The notes under the pieces: model-generated
Databases searched by the model: none
The model's input: the letters and a program-made list of their open reading frames with translations, nothing else
Told to the model about the DNA's origin: nothing
Source: Nymphaea colorata
Taxonomy: Eukaryota
Direction: 5' to 3'
Assembly (NCBI RefSeq): GCF_008831285.2
Contig: NC_045138.2
Coordinates: forward strand, 18,228,001-18,292,000
Length of the DNA stretch: 64,000 bases
Part shown: piece by piece, positions 14,125 to 27,879 of the stretch
Position numbering within the stretch: the stretch's first letter is position 1
Layout of the letters: every line of letters starts with the position of its first letter
Program-made: the position numbers and the translations under genes

Positions 14125-14582
14125 AAGCATCAACATTTTGGTAAAAAAAAATTGATATTTTTCATAAAATCAGCTTGATACAAAACATGTTTTATATCAA
14201 AATAATTTTCATAAATACATTAGGATGTTTATCTTTTATTTAAGATAACTTTTAGCAAAATAGAAAAGGGTCTAACAATTGTACTCCAATCTATGGTGAG
14301 GCTGCCATCCTGTTTAATCGGGCCTGGTTTCTTTCGTGTAGTAATGGGTGTTGCAGTTTAGATGATCCTGACACTAGCCCTGGATTGTTTATGTCATTTA
14401 TGGTTTGTTCCCAACAACGGGAGAGATCAGGTGTAGCTTATACGAGGCGAGTATGTAGAGTACTTAGAATCAATTGAAAAAATTGTATGCTGCCAAAGGT
14501 GAGGCGGCAGTCCAGTTTAATTGAAGTTTATGTGGTAACTGGTGTTGCTGTTTATCGGAGACAAAACGAGCCCTGGATTATT

Positions 14583-15317
14583 ATCTTGTTCTTAAAGAAG
14601 GTTCATATAATTGAAGTTCACTTTCTTTTGTTCCATCCGGCTTGGATTCATTGTGACATGATTTTTAGATTTGGAGCTAACTGAGATCAAGTTTAGCTTT
14701 GTCTAAGGCACACGTTGAGTCAGACATTTCCTCAACAACAATTAGGTGTTCCATGGCCAAAAGAACCTCAACACTTTGAGCACGATTCTTGTTTGAAATG
14801 GACATCAAACTATCTGGCATGACCCTCTTCCTGAGTTGGTGCTCTTTGGTCATGTGTCCTTCTACCTTTGGTCAGCTGGAAATCCGAATAGCAATCCTTG
14901 CACTGCTCTTGTGTGTGGATACTAAAAACAACTTTTCAAGTAGCTTCCGATTGCATAGTCAAGTTGTTTTCAATATCCACACAAAAAAGCAATGCAGGGA
15001 TTGCAATCCGGATTTCCGACCAACCAATGGAAGAAGAACACTTGACCAAAAAGCATCAAATCAGGAAGAGGGTGATGCCAGATAGTTTGATGTCCATTTC
15101 AAACAAGAATCGTGCTCAACAAGAAGTGTTGAGGTTCTATTGGCCATGGAACACCTAATTGTTGTTGAGGAAATTTCTGACTCAACGTGTGCCTCAGATA
15201 AGGCTAAACTTTATCTCAGTTAGCTTCAAATCTAGAAATCATGTCACAATGAATCCAAGCCGGATGGAACTAAAGGAATTGAACTTCAATGATATGAACC
15301 TTCTTTAAGATGAAGAT
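14583..15317. ncRNA. Long hairpin copy 3 (loop 14935-14960)
   Basis: Same inverted repeat as copy 1. Confidence 0.6.
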
Positions 15318-17451
15318 TTGACAAGTATCTTCTTTCTTTGAGGAGACCAAAATAAGAATTAGATAGATTTGGTTTATGTGGAATCTTTTCCTATTCACAG
15401 AGTTCTCCTTGTTTATTTATATATTGTAAGATGATTGTTTCTTCTCTGGTTATTGTAAGGTGTACCTTAAAGAGAGAGACATGCGATAAGGGAAAAGCAA
15501 GTCGCTTAAATTAATCTTTTCTATCTTCCCTCTTTAAGATATAAAGGTCAGTAAATTTTATGTTCATTTCAAAAAGTAAACTCAAAATTGTATTTGGTAA
15601 TAAATATATTATTGCCATTATAATAACCTTTAACAATTTTAATAGGTTTTATTTGAGGTTTTAATTGGGAGATTCCTGTTGAAGTGGAATGTGGGCATAA
15701 CATTACTCGGGTCGGGTCCTAGATCCCAGACCAAGTTTCTGTGTTGAATTTTTTACGTGTCGAGCTCTGGTCGGGCCTTGACGGGCTGGTCTGTACATAT
15801 ATCATTAAGACCTAAGAGGCAGGGCTTGATGTGCACAGTTATACTACATAGTGCCGTCCATATAGGATAGGATGAGCCCGACATCTCAAACATTTTCGCT
15901 AATATATCTCTTTGACTTATTTAACAGTCTGACATCGAACTGTTTATTGACAAATAAGGCACAGGGTTGCATCCGTGTTTGATGTAGCGACAACACTATC
16001 AATTAGATACCGAGGCTCACCTCATATGTAGGAAACTCAATGTATTTGATTTGGATCAGATGTTCAACAGAACCATTCCAAAAAATTTGGATATGAAGGA
16101 AAATTTAATATCTGATTAAAAAAACAGATCATATTTGGATTTAAGAAATGACATCTGATTGGATTCAGATACAAATTCAGATATAAATATATATCCTATT
16201 AGAAACAGATTCAGATCAAATAATTTTTTTTAAACTTATATCCCATATCTGATACTCTTACATTTTTTAAGGTGGTCAAATTTGGTTCAAAATTCAGATT
16301 TGGATATAATTTTAACATTTAGATTCAGATTATACAATTGGTTTCCAGGTGTTCGAATTCAGATGTGACTTTTCTTAGTTTGTATTACGATGTGAGTTTG
16401 AAAATATCTACAAAATCAGATAAAGTTAAGGGTATATTTGAGTTGAATCCGATCAGTTGACATCCCTGTTCATACACCACAAAGATATAATGCTGGCTAA
16501 TAATGGAAGACCTTAGGACAATAAATAAAGGTAAAACTAAAACATAATTAATCAATATTTTCATTTAGTAATGAAATCTTATTAAAATTGGAAATAAAAA
16601 GTTAGGAATAGAACATAATTTATGTATCTTTTCATTTAGAAAAGAAATCTTATTAGAACTTGGAAATATAAAATATAGGATTAAAAATAATTTATTCATC
16701 TTTCATTTAGGAAAGAAATCTTACGTACAATTGGAATTCTACAAACTGGTGATACACATATAAAATGGAAAATCCACCCTTGGCACCACCACTATTCACA
16801 GGGATGATAGAGAATCCTAAGCTTCTTGGGGCATTCATCCATAGATCTACTCAATTCTCCCTTTAAATATTATATTTAAAGTATTTTTTTTTAAATCTAA
16901 ATAACTTACCAATGTGATCTTAGAGATAAGTTCTGGCTGCCGTCCTCCTGTTTTAATAGTGCTATATAATATGCAAAAATGAGTTGCTCTCAAAGCATCA
17001 ACATTTTGGTAAAAAAAATCGATATTTTTCATAAAATCAGCTTGATTCAAAACATGTTTTATATCAAAATAATTTTCATAAATACATTAGGATGTTTATC
17101 TTTTATTTAAGATAACTTTTAGCAAAATAGAAAAGGGTCTAACAATTGTACTCCAATCTATGGTGTGGCTGCCAACCAGTTTTATCGGGCCTGGCTTCTT
17201 TTGTGTAGTAACCAGTGTTGCAGTTTAGATAATCCTCAAGCTAGCCCTGGATTGTTTATGTCATTTATGGTTTGTTCCCAACGACGGGCAAGATCGGGTG
17301 TAGCTCATACGAGGCGAGTATGTAGAGTACTTAGAATCAATTGGAAAAAATGAATCCTGCCTAAGGTGAGGCGGCAGACCAGTTTAATTGAAGTTTATGT
17401 AGTATCTGGTGTCGCAGTTTAGCTGAGCCAAAAGCAAGCCCTGGATTGTTT

Positions 17452-18186
17452 ATCTTGTTCTTAAAGAAGGTTCGTATCGTTGAAGTTCACTTCCTTATGT
17501 TCCATCCGGCTTGGATTCATTGTGACATGATTTTTAGACTTGGAGCTAACTGAGATCAAGTTTAGCTTTATCTAAGGCACACGTTGAGTCAAAAATTTCC
17601 TCAACAACAATTAGGTGTTCCATGGCCAATATAACCTCAACACTTTGAGCAGGATTCTTGTTTGAAATGGACATCAAACTATCTCGCATGTCCCTCTTCC
17701 TGAGTTGATGCTCTTTGGCCATGTGTCCTTCTGCCTTTGGTCAGCTAGAAATCCAGATAGCAATCCCTGCAGTACTTTTATGTGTGGATACTAAAAACAA
17801 CTTTCCAAGTAGCTTCCGATTGAGTAGTCAAGTTGTTTTCAGTATCCACACACAAAAGCAATGCAAGGATTGCAATCCGGATTTCTGGCCAAACAATGGA
17901 AGAAGAACACATGACCAAAATGCATCAAATCAGGAAGAGGATGATACCATATAGTTTGATGTCCATTTCAAACAACAATCATGCTCAACAAGAAGTGTTG
18001 AGGTTCTATTCGCCATGGAACACCTAATTGTTGTTGAGGAAATTTCTGACACAACGTGTGCCTCAGATAAAGCTAAACTTTATCTCAGTTAGCTCCAAAT
18101 CTAGAAATCTTGTCACAATGAATCCAAGCCGGATGGAACAAAAGGAATTGAACTTCAATGATATGAACCTTGTTTAGGAAGAAGAT
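17452..18186. ncRNA. Long hairpin copy 4 (loop 17804-17829)
   Basis: Same inverted repeat as copy 1. Confidence 0.6.
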
Positions 18187-21100
18187 TTGACAAATATCTT
18201 GTTTCTGTGAGGAGATCCGAATAAGAATTGGATAGTTTTGGCTTATGTGGAATCTTTTCCTATTCACATAGTTCTCCTTGTTCATATATTGTAAGATAAT
18301 TGTTTCTTCTCTGGTAATTGTAAGGTGTATCTTAAAGTGAGAGACTTGTGATAAGGGAAAAGCAAGTCGTTTAAATTTAACTTTTCTGTCTTCCCACTTT
18401 AAGAAATAAAGGTCAGGAAATTTTATGTTCATTTTGAAAAGTAAACTCAAAATTGTATTTGGTAATTAATATATTATTGCTGTTATAATAACCTTTAACA
18501 ATTTTAATAAGATTTATTTGAGGTTTTAATTGGGAGATTTGGGTTGATGTAGAATGCGGGTACAAATTACTCGTGTCGGGTCCTAGATCCCAGACCAAGT
18601 TTCTGTGTTGACATTTTTACGCATCGAACTCGGTCAGGCCTTGACGGGCTGGTCCGTTCATATAACGTTAGGACATAAGAGGCAAGGCTTGATGTGCATA
18701 GTTATACTACATATTGTTGTCCATATAGGATAGGATGAGCCCGACATCTCAACATTTTCAGTAATATATCTTTTTGACTTATTTAACAGTCCGACATCAG
18801 ACTGTTAATTACCAAATGAGGCAGAGGGTTACATCCGTGTTTGACGTAGCGACAACACTATCAATTAGATACCGAGGTTCACCTCATATGTAGGGATGTC
18901 AATGTATTTGATTTGGATCAGATGTCCAACAGAACAATTCCATAAAATTTGGATATGAAGGAAAATTTAATATCTAATTAAAAAACAGATCATATTTGGA
19001 TTTAAGAAATGAAATCTGATTGGATTCAGATACAAATTCAGATATAAATAAATATCCTATTAGATACAGATTCAGCTCAAAATATATTTTTTTAAACTTA
19101 TATCCCATATCCGATACTCTTACATTTTTAAAGCTGGTTAAATTCGGTTCAAAATTCAGATTTGGATATAAATGTAACATTTAGATTCAGATTATGAAAT
19201 TGGTTTTTAGGTTCGAATTCAGATGTGACTTTTCTTAGTTTGTATTACGATGTGAGTTTGTAAATATCTGAAAAAACTGATATGGTTAATGGAATATTTG
19301 AGATGAATCCAAACTATTGATATCCCTGCTCATACACCACAAGGATATAATGCTGGCTAATAATGTATTTAAGGATATATCCAATGTGCCCAAGTTTTAA
19401 ACGTGGTATTCTATACCAAAAAAAAAACAATGAAATCAAGTGAAGAAATATATCTATACAGCTTCTTAACAAATAAAATTATCATCTTATTTGAAAGGGA
19501 AAAAAAGGAGATTAAGGTAAGGATGTCAATGTATCCAATTTGGATTGGAGATATCCGACCAAACCATTCTGAAAAAAATTGAATATGGAAAAAAATTTAA
19601 ATATGGATTTGCATCTTTAATTGAATTCATATTTACATAAATATATGATGGGATTTAAATATGGATTTGCATTGGATTTATTGTTAAACCAATATCATGT
19701 ATACAATTCTCTTACATTTTGAATGTAGGCCAAATTCGGATAAAAAGTTGGATTCAGATGTTTATATAAAATATTGGATTTGGATTGTGAAATCTGATTT
19801 CAAATTGAGATATGATTTTTTTCGTTCGAATTTCAATCTGAATTTGAATCTGAGAATGTGAACATACAATAAAATGGATACAGTATATATCTCATTTGAA
19901 TCTGATATGTTGGCATCCCTAGATTAAGGACATCGAACATCAATAAATAATATTGCACACAAAAATTGGGATAGTAATTATATTCAAAAGGCATGATGAC
20001 AGTGGACATGATTTCCAATAAAAAAAATTATGAGAAATTTATTTAGTATCAAATCAGTTAAATTGTTTGTCAACATCTTGAGGGCATATATATATATATA
20101 TATATATATATAGATATATATATATATATATGTATATATATTCACTTTTAACTGACCAACCTAGGCCGTCCAACCCTCCACCACTACTTGTGTTGCTATT
20201 CACAAATCTAATTGCATGAGAACTAAAACCCCCTCCTTCCCCTCGCCAATAAGGCAGAGGGTTGCATCCGTGTTTGACATAGCGACAATACTATCAATTA
20301 GATACCCAGGTTCACCTCGTATGTAGGGATGTCAATGTATTTGATTTGGATCAGATGTCCAACAGAACCATTCCAAAAAATTTGGATATGAAGGAAAATT
20401 TAATATCAGATTAAAAAAACAGTTCATATTTGAATGATATCTGATTGGATTCAGATACAAATTCAGATATAAATAAATGTCCTATTAGATATGGATTCAG
20501 ACCAAATTATTTTTTTTAAACTTATATCCCATATTCGATACTCTTACATTTTTAAAGCTGGCCAAATATGGTTTTCAGGTTCGAATTCAGATGTGACTTT
20601 TTTTAGTTTGTTTTAGGATGTGAGTTTGAAAATATCTGCAAAATCAGATACGGTTAAAGGTATATTTGAGTTGAATCCGATCAGTTGACATCCCTGTTCA
20701 TACACCACAAAGATATAATGCTCGCTAATAATGGAAGACCTTAGGACAATAAATAAAGGTAAAACTACAACATAATTTATCAATATTTTCATTTAGTAAT
20801 GAAATCTTATTAAAATTGGAAATAAAAAGGTAAGAATAGAACATAATTTATGTTTATTTTCATTTAGAAAAGAAATCTTATTAGAACCTGGAAATAAAAA
20901 ATATAGGATTAAAAATAATTTATTCATCTTTCATTTAGGAAAGAAATCTTATTGACAATTGGAATTCTACAAACTGGTGATACACATATAAAATGGAAAA
21001 TCCACCCTTGGCACCACCACTATTCACTGGGATGATAGAGAATCCTAAGCTTCTTGGGGCATTCATCCATAGATCTACTCAATTCTCCCTTTAAATATTA

Positions 21101-21377
21101 TATTTAAAGTGTTTTTGTTTTAAATATAAATAACTTACCAATGTGATCTTAGAGACAGGTTCTGGCATAATATGCAAAAATGAGTTGCTCTCAAAGCATC
21201 AACATTTTGTTAAAAAAAATCAATATTTTTCATAAAAACAACTTGTTTCAAAACATGTTTTATATCAAAATAATTTTCATAAATATACTATGTTGTTTAT
21301 CTTTTATTTAAGATAACTTTTAACAAAATAGAAAAGGGTCTAACAATTGTACTCCAATCTATGGTGATGCTGCCATC

Positions 21378-21483
21378 CAGGGGGGGGGGGGGGTTTACAT
21401 TGAAAAAATCAATTTTTTTTAGTTTGGCCCGGCCCGCAAATCGTCTTGGTCCGACCCTAGAAAAAATCCTGGCTCCGCCCCTG
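21378..21483. mobile_element. 106-bp hAT-type MITE inserted only in array unit 5
   Basis: Ends CAGGGG...CCGCCCCTG flanked by a perfect 8-bp TSD CTGCCATC (21370-21377 and 21484-21491). Other units have the empty site (e.g. 'gctgccatcctgttt' ~14301). Confidence 0.85.
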
Positions 21484-21699
21484 CTGCCATCCAGTTTAAT
21501 CGGGCCTGGTTTCTTTCGTGTAGTAACCGTTGTTGCAGTTTAGATGAGCCTGAAGCTAGCCCTGGATTGTTTTTCATTTATGGTTTTTTCCCTACGACAG
21601 GCAAGATCAGGTGTAACCTTACGAGGCGAGTATGTAGAGTACTTAGGATCAATTGGAAAAAATGAATCCTGCCTAAGGTGTGGTGGCAGTCCACTTCCT

Positions 21700-22432
21700 T
21701 TTGTTCTTAAAGAAGGTTCGTATCGTTGAAGTTCACTTCCTTTTGTTCCATCCGGCTAGGATTCAATGTGACATGATTTCTAGATTTGGAGCTAACTGAG
21801 ATCAAGTTTAGCTTTATCTAAGGAACACGTTGAGTCAGAAATTTCATCAACAACAATTAGGTGTTCCATGGCCAATAAAACCTCAACACTTTGAGCACGA
21901 TTCTTGTTTGAAATGGACATCAAACTATCTGGCATGACCCTCTTCCTGAGTTGATGCTCTTTGGTCATGTGTCCTTCTGCCTTTGGTTGGCTGGAAATCC
22001 TGATAGCAATCCCTGCACTGCTTTTGTGTGTGTATACTAAAAAGAACTTTTCAAGTAGCTTCTGATTGCATAGTCAAGTTGTTTTCAGTATCCACACAGA
22101 AAAGCAATGCTGGGATCGCAATCCAGATTTTCGGCCAACCAATGGAAGAAGAACACATGACCAAAAAGCATCAAATCAGGAAGAGGGTGATGCCAAATAG
22201 TTTGATGTCCATTTCAAACAAGAATCATGCTCAACAAGAAGTGTTGAGGTTCTATTCGCCATGGAACACCTAATTGTTGTTGAGGAAATTTCTGACTCAA
22301 CGTGTGCCTCAGATAAAGCTAAACTTTATATCAGTTAGCTCCGAATCTAGAAATCATGTCACAATGAATCCAAGCCGGATGGAACTAAAGGAATTGAACT
22401 TCAATGATATGAACCTTCTTCAAGAAGAAGAT
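21700..22432. ncRNA. Long hairpin copy 5 (loop 22050-22075)
   Basis: Same inverted repeat as copy 1. Confidence 0.6.
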
Positions 22433-23319
22433 TTTTGCAAATATCTTCTTTCTGTGAGGAGACACAAATAAGAATCAGATGGATTTGGTTTATGTGCAAT
22501 CTTTTCCTATTCACATAGTTCTCCTTGTTTATTTATATATTGTAAGATAACTGTTTCTTTTCTGGTTATTGTAAGGTGTATCTTAAAGAGAGACATGCGA
22601 TAAGGGAAAAGCAAGTCCTTTAAATTTAACTTTTCTGTCTTCCGTCTTTAAGAAATAAAGGTCAGGAAAGTTTATGTTCATTTCGAAAGTAAACTCAAAA
22701 TTGTATTTGGTAATTAATATATTATTGCTGTTATAATAACCTTTAACGATTTTAATAAGTTTTATTTGAGGTTTTAATTGGGAGATTTGGGTTGAAGTGG
22801 AATGCGGCATAACATTACTCGGGTCAGGTCCTAGATCCCTGACCAAGTTTCAGTGTTGAAATTTTTTGCCGAACTCGGGATCAGGCCTTGACGGGCTGGT
22901 CCGTACTTATATCAGTAAAACCTAAGAGACGGGCCATGATGTGCACAGTTATACTAAATAGTGCTGTCTATATAGGATAGGTTGAGCCCGACATCTCAGC
23001 ATTTTCATTAATATATCTCTTTGACTTATTTAACAGTCGGACATGGGACTGTTAATTTTCAAATATGGATACGTCGAGTCCTTTAATTGCCAAATAAATC
23101 ATAGGACACATCTTATTTGCCAAGAAGGGACTCCGACGTCTGACTGTCAAGTAAGTCAAAGGACGACTGGCAAATAAGTTCGGACTGTCGTCCTTATTTG
23201 CTAAGAAAAGTAGGCAAGCTATTACACATGACCGGAGCCTATTACACATGACCGAAGCCCATTCCATATATACTGCACCTTATTGGTAAGATGGTAGTCA
23301 TTAGTGTCTAAATTCCCCA

Positions 23320-23645
23320 CCCTCTGCAGATCTCCCGCTCACGCCTGACTCGTCGATGCTGCCTTCTGTGCCCCCCTACCTTCGCCACTGCCACTTATGG
23401 TACAAAGTTCAATGCTCTGATTTATACATTTTTTAGTTATTTCATGTTCGAACTCAAGTGGCTAAGTCATCTCTGCTTATGAGCATAAACATGTCAAATT
23501 TTTAGTTTCTTTTTTTTTTTTTCTTGCTGCCCACCAGTGTTTACTTTTTCCTTGGAGAGTTAAGATCGTCGACCAACTTAGTACTTCCTCTCTGTTAACG
23601 ATGGGGGCCGCCTCTCTTAACGTCGGTCATCCTCCTCCACCTCTC
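23320..23645. repeat. Dispersed direct repeat (partner ~55735-56046)
   Basis: 'ctgcagatctccc...cccctaccttcgcc...tatggtacaaa.ttcaatgctc.gatttatacattt...gttaagatcgtcgac...cttaacgtcggtc' is present at both sites. Confidence 0.85.
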
Positions 23646-23690
23646 GGTAACGGTTATCCTTTTTTCTGCCACATCCTCTCCTCTGCTTGG

Positions 23691-23836
23691 TAGGGCTGCA
23701 CAATGAGACTCGAACTCGCTGGAGTAAACTCGACTCGAGCTCCACTCGTTTTTTATACGAGTCAAGCTCAAGCTTAAATATAAACTCGAGTACGTTAACG
23801 AGTCGAGTTTGAGTTAGTCGAACTCGACTCGGCTTG
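23691..23836. mobile_element. hAT-type MITE end with ACTCG/CGAGT subterminal repeats
   Basis: Starts TAGGGCTG and is followed by dense actcg/cgagt motifs. The other end was not identified. Confidence 0.55.
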
Positions 23837-23994
23837 GCTTTAATTTCATATTTTATTTTCCATCCTTTTTTTTTCATCCACTCAACTTAATTTCATTTTG
23901 TTTTTACGTTTTTTAATTTTCCCTCACCACCACGCAGCCACGTTTCTTTTTACGTTAATTTATTACACCCCACTTTCACATTTTACTCAAGCAA

Positions 23995-26900
23995 CTCGAA
24001 TCATCACATATTATCAATGTTGCTTGAGTTAAATTCTGCAAATTTTCCTGTGAAAATTTCATTGAATTCTTTCTGTTGGCTGGGGCAGGTAGGATCGTCC
24101 TGGAAGCTGCGAGTGTAACGGTCTTGCTGGCAGTTTTTCCTCTTTGGATTCTTGATCGCATTTATTTGCTTTGACATTATTGGGGTATGCATGCAACTAG
24201 AAATTTCCTTTCACTTCTTTTAAGTTATTTTGCCCAAAGCATTGAGAAGTCCTTGTTTTTACCAGATCTTTTTCACCTTCCACAAAATAACAATGATAAT
24301 CTCCAGCATTCTCAAGACAGTCATCTTTAGTGGATCCATCTTCTACGATACAAACAACCTCCTCAAGAAGACACATGGCCTTGATAACAGTTGGGCTTCA
24401 CTCAATGTGCTCTATATGGACATCATCATCCTATTCCTCCACCTACTCGAATTATTTGGGTCCGGTGGGGGATAATTTGATAAATGATTTCATATATTTG
24501 ATTATGTATATTTGTTTGATTGCTGCCCATTGAGACTGAACATGCAAAATGTCTTGTCCATCACACTTCTGTTTTGTTATCTTGAACCATGATGTTCTAT
24601 GTCGCAAGTTCTGCAACTCTGGTCCAAAATTATGAGATTTTGCTTCCTAGCTTCTTTCGTGCTTTATGAAGTCTCAACTTGTCATAGTTAAATACGACTA
24701 TTCAAAACTTTGGTCTGGTGGCTAATGGAGAACGATAGGAAAGGGGAACTAATTAAGTGCTTCAGTTTCACACGTTAGTCCAAGGTAAGGAACCAGCTAA
24801 ACTGAGACAAATCAACTAGTTAGGCCTTAAAAGTTGTAAGAAGAAATGGCTTTATACCATACAAACGTGACGTAGAAACATGAAATATAAAGACAACTAC
24901 ATATAGTTAAAAAGGCACGCTTTTTTTTTAAGCAAAAGCAATATCAAAGTAATATCATGACGGACAAACATCAAACCACAATATATATAGATAACGAGTA
25001 AAACCAGTCCCATTTGGGGGCTCCATGTCTCCTCCATTCCTTAAAATCCACCAATCTTAGGTGGAATGAGGGTTGCTAAATGAGAAAATGAGAAATAGAA
25101 ACACAAAAAGTTGAGAAAAAAATATGTGAGTGTGACAAAGAAAAGAACGGCATAGAAAAAACAATTAAAAAATGTAATTATAAAGTTCAAAAACATAGGA
25201 ACAAAAAGGAACATGAAACTATGATGTACCAAAGTTTATGACATATAAATGCTACGTTATTAATATTCATTTCTATTAGGTCTGATTTACTAGTTGAATT
25301 TTTGTAACATTTTAATCTTAACTCAAGAAGCTAATAAGTAATACACAATATCATCCCACAAAGGCACAAGAGAAACAGCCGAAAAGGACACATTCAGCCT
25401 TCCTGCAACTATTCTGAACAGACCCGAGTTAAGGTATCACTGGACATATCAATGGGCCTGTATCATTTAGAAGCCAACCGCAATTGAGATATGTTTAGTT
25501 GGATCTGGTGAAAAAATTGATAAACCAGGTTTTGCTGTGTTGGTATTGGAAGTGGCCTATATCACAACCCATTGAGATGCGTTTGCTCTGTGTAGACCTG
25601 AGAAACAAGCCAGAAAATCCAATAATGCACGTTTATGTACAGTATCAAGACGCTAAAGTGGCCCTATTATGAAGTTGACAGGATCTGCAAGCACATGGCT
25701 CAACTGTGATCAGGCTGCGGGTAAAATAGGTTCTCTTTTACAATGAATTCACATTCTATGTACATCTGTTTGGCAAGTTTTATTTCACTAATCATGCTTA
25801 ATCAAGCCGCCATGGAGATTCTGTTCTGAAGTTTTGGAGACCCAAAGGCCATGTCAAAGAATTTGGTCCTTGTGAAGGGGTCGCCTAACATTTGGATCCA
25901 GGCCCATGTCTCCATAGATCCAGTAAAATGCTGGCTGACTGATATTTGTGAACCATTTGTAGGACCACTCACCCATCCATGAACTTCAGATCAAGCGGGT
26001 ATGTGAGCTAGCAGTTCTCAATTTGGGAAGCAATTTCAGGTTACAAGCTAATAGGGCCAGTGCCCCACTCCACTTGACTTCACTCAAAAGGCCAAGACTT
26101 CTCAGAGTTAGAAGCCTTAGCTTTTTATTCATGCCACTTCTTTGCACTAACCATGTTACCAACATGGTGCAGGCAACATTTCCTTCCCATTTATCCCATC
26201 CATGATTGAAGCAGACAAAGCCTTTTGTCACTCGTTGGTTTTTTGTAGACAACAAGTACTGGCCCATCACCAGGTTTACTGCTTTGCAGACTGTGGACCT
26301 TGGTTGTCTTCAATACAGCTAGCTATTAGCACTGTATGAAGGCAACTGTATCAAGAAGCCCACAGTTGTTCATGAAAAGGGATCTTTAAAACATGGGTAC
26401 AGAGTTCACCCAACCTTGTCTGTCAGCACAATAAGATAACTCAGCGGAAAGAAAACAGTAAGGCTCTTTTCTTAAAATATAACTTGATCTTTATGTTCAA
26501 ATTTCCTATCATTTAGTTGACTGTTACCTTGCAACTCTCCTCCCACCATCCCCATCATATAAGTGCAAGGGATTTTCACTCACACTTCTTTTTCAAGTCT
26601 AGAAGGGAAGAAATATAAGACAAACTCTCTACTAACACGAATACAAAGCACAGGCCAAACCTAGGGATGATATTTCTGACAATGTTTTAGATCATATATT
26701 ATGAGATACGTGTTAGGTATGAAACACCCTATAATTATAAAGAAATGTTTTAAGCAATAGCGACTGAAGAAAGGCCCAGAAGAAAAATATACCTGTGATC
26801 CTGTCGCCAAGCTTGGGAACCTCAGAAGAGGTGTTTGTGTAAGAGAATCCCACCCCAAGTGGCGACTCTAGGAAGAGCAAATTGGCCTCTGCAAGAGAAA

Positions 26901-27320
26901 CAGAAGTATGAACTAATTAAGGTTCTCAAAATGGAAAAATACAAATAATTAAAACTAAGAAGTGAACAAATGGCTTCCTCGTAGTCGTGTGGCCATCGAG
27001 GGAGTTGTTTACTGCAAATCCTGCGCTAACAAGGACGTGGACACTATGGTTGGTGCCACTCCTATGCTCAGTCTGTACGATAACTAAGACTCATAAGATT
27101 TTATACGACATCCTGTTTCTTATTCTTCACTCTTACAGCAAGCATTGTTTGAGCTGAGCTCCCCTTTACTGCTCTGTTTTCTAATGGTGTCAGTCATAGA
27201 GAAACAAGTCAGTCTCGAGGGCTGATGCCTGTTTGAATAGTGAAATGTTCAAAAAGCTAATGAGAAAGCCATTTCGCTTGCCTCAGGTTCAATGGTGAAG
27301 CCGTTTATAGCAAAGAGAGA
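23995..27320. repeat. Left copy of an inverted duplication (partner ~36551-39438)
   Basis: Mirror ORFs 25041-25232(-)/38088-38288(+) and 26661-26858(-)/37002-37229(+). About 25810-26365 is absent from the right copy, and ~24530-24870 is not shared. Confidence 0.92.
24089..24475 (+). pseudogene. Truncated LIFEGUARD / BI-1-like (TMBIM) copy: last two exons 24089-24184 and 24266-24475
   Basis: 'GRIVLEAASVT...' and 'IFFTFHKITMIISSILKTVIFSGSIFYDTNNLLKKTHGLDNSWASLNVLYMDIIILFLHLL' with GT-AG boundaries. The first exon is 62 nt shorter than its paralog (frameshift), and exons 1-2 are missing. Confidence 0.85.
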
Positions 27321-27879
27321 CAGAGGGTGTGTAATCTTTTTGGGTTTTACTAAACTAATCCTAGCATCAAAATGTAGAGAAACAAAAAGTGAAGAAATTC
27401 GGAGATTGTTCTTCTTTCTTTTCTCTGTTTCTTTTCACAAAAGCATGCCTCCAACATCAGCAACCAAACGTTGAAATGAAAGAGAGCTAGAAGGAAGACC
27501 AAAAAATGAACGCATTCTCTGTCTTATGCTTTCTTTTCTGTTTCCCTTTCTCTCCGTTTTAGAGGAGCAACCGTCAAGCTGGTTTGCAACAAAAGGGTGC
27601 CGATGGTGGTGGAAGGGATGACAGACAAGAACCGCTACTTCTACATAGAGTCCTCCAATGTGGAAGTCACCAGCTACGGCGTCCACAAGTGCAAATCAGA
27701 GACAAATAGAGGGAGGGAGACAGAGAGAAAACAAGAGAAAGAGAAAAATGAGAATTGTGCCCCACCTGGAAAAAAGCTACTAATGGCAATGGAGCTCCTT
27801 GCACCTTGCAGCAGCAATGACATGGGTGTTGAGTGCAACAGAGAGAGCAGGGGAGAAACGGGTAAAGCAGTGGTTACGA

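Larger units (their letters stand above)
4063..23060. repeat. Tandem array of modular ~2.85-5.3 kb units, each carrying one long hairpin (5 hairpins)
   Basis: Modules recur in order: MITE1 module A (~4063, 11087, 19366), MITE2, cassette C, a ~100-bp direct repeat pair, the hairpin, and a 3' flank. The same pseudo-ORF '...KRVMPDSLMSISNKNRAQQEVLRFYWPWNT' recurs at 6814, 9593, 14898, 17833 and 22028. Confidence 0.95.
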
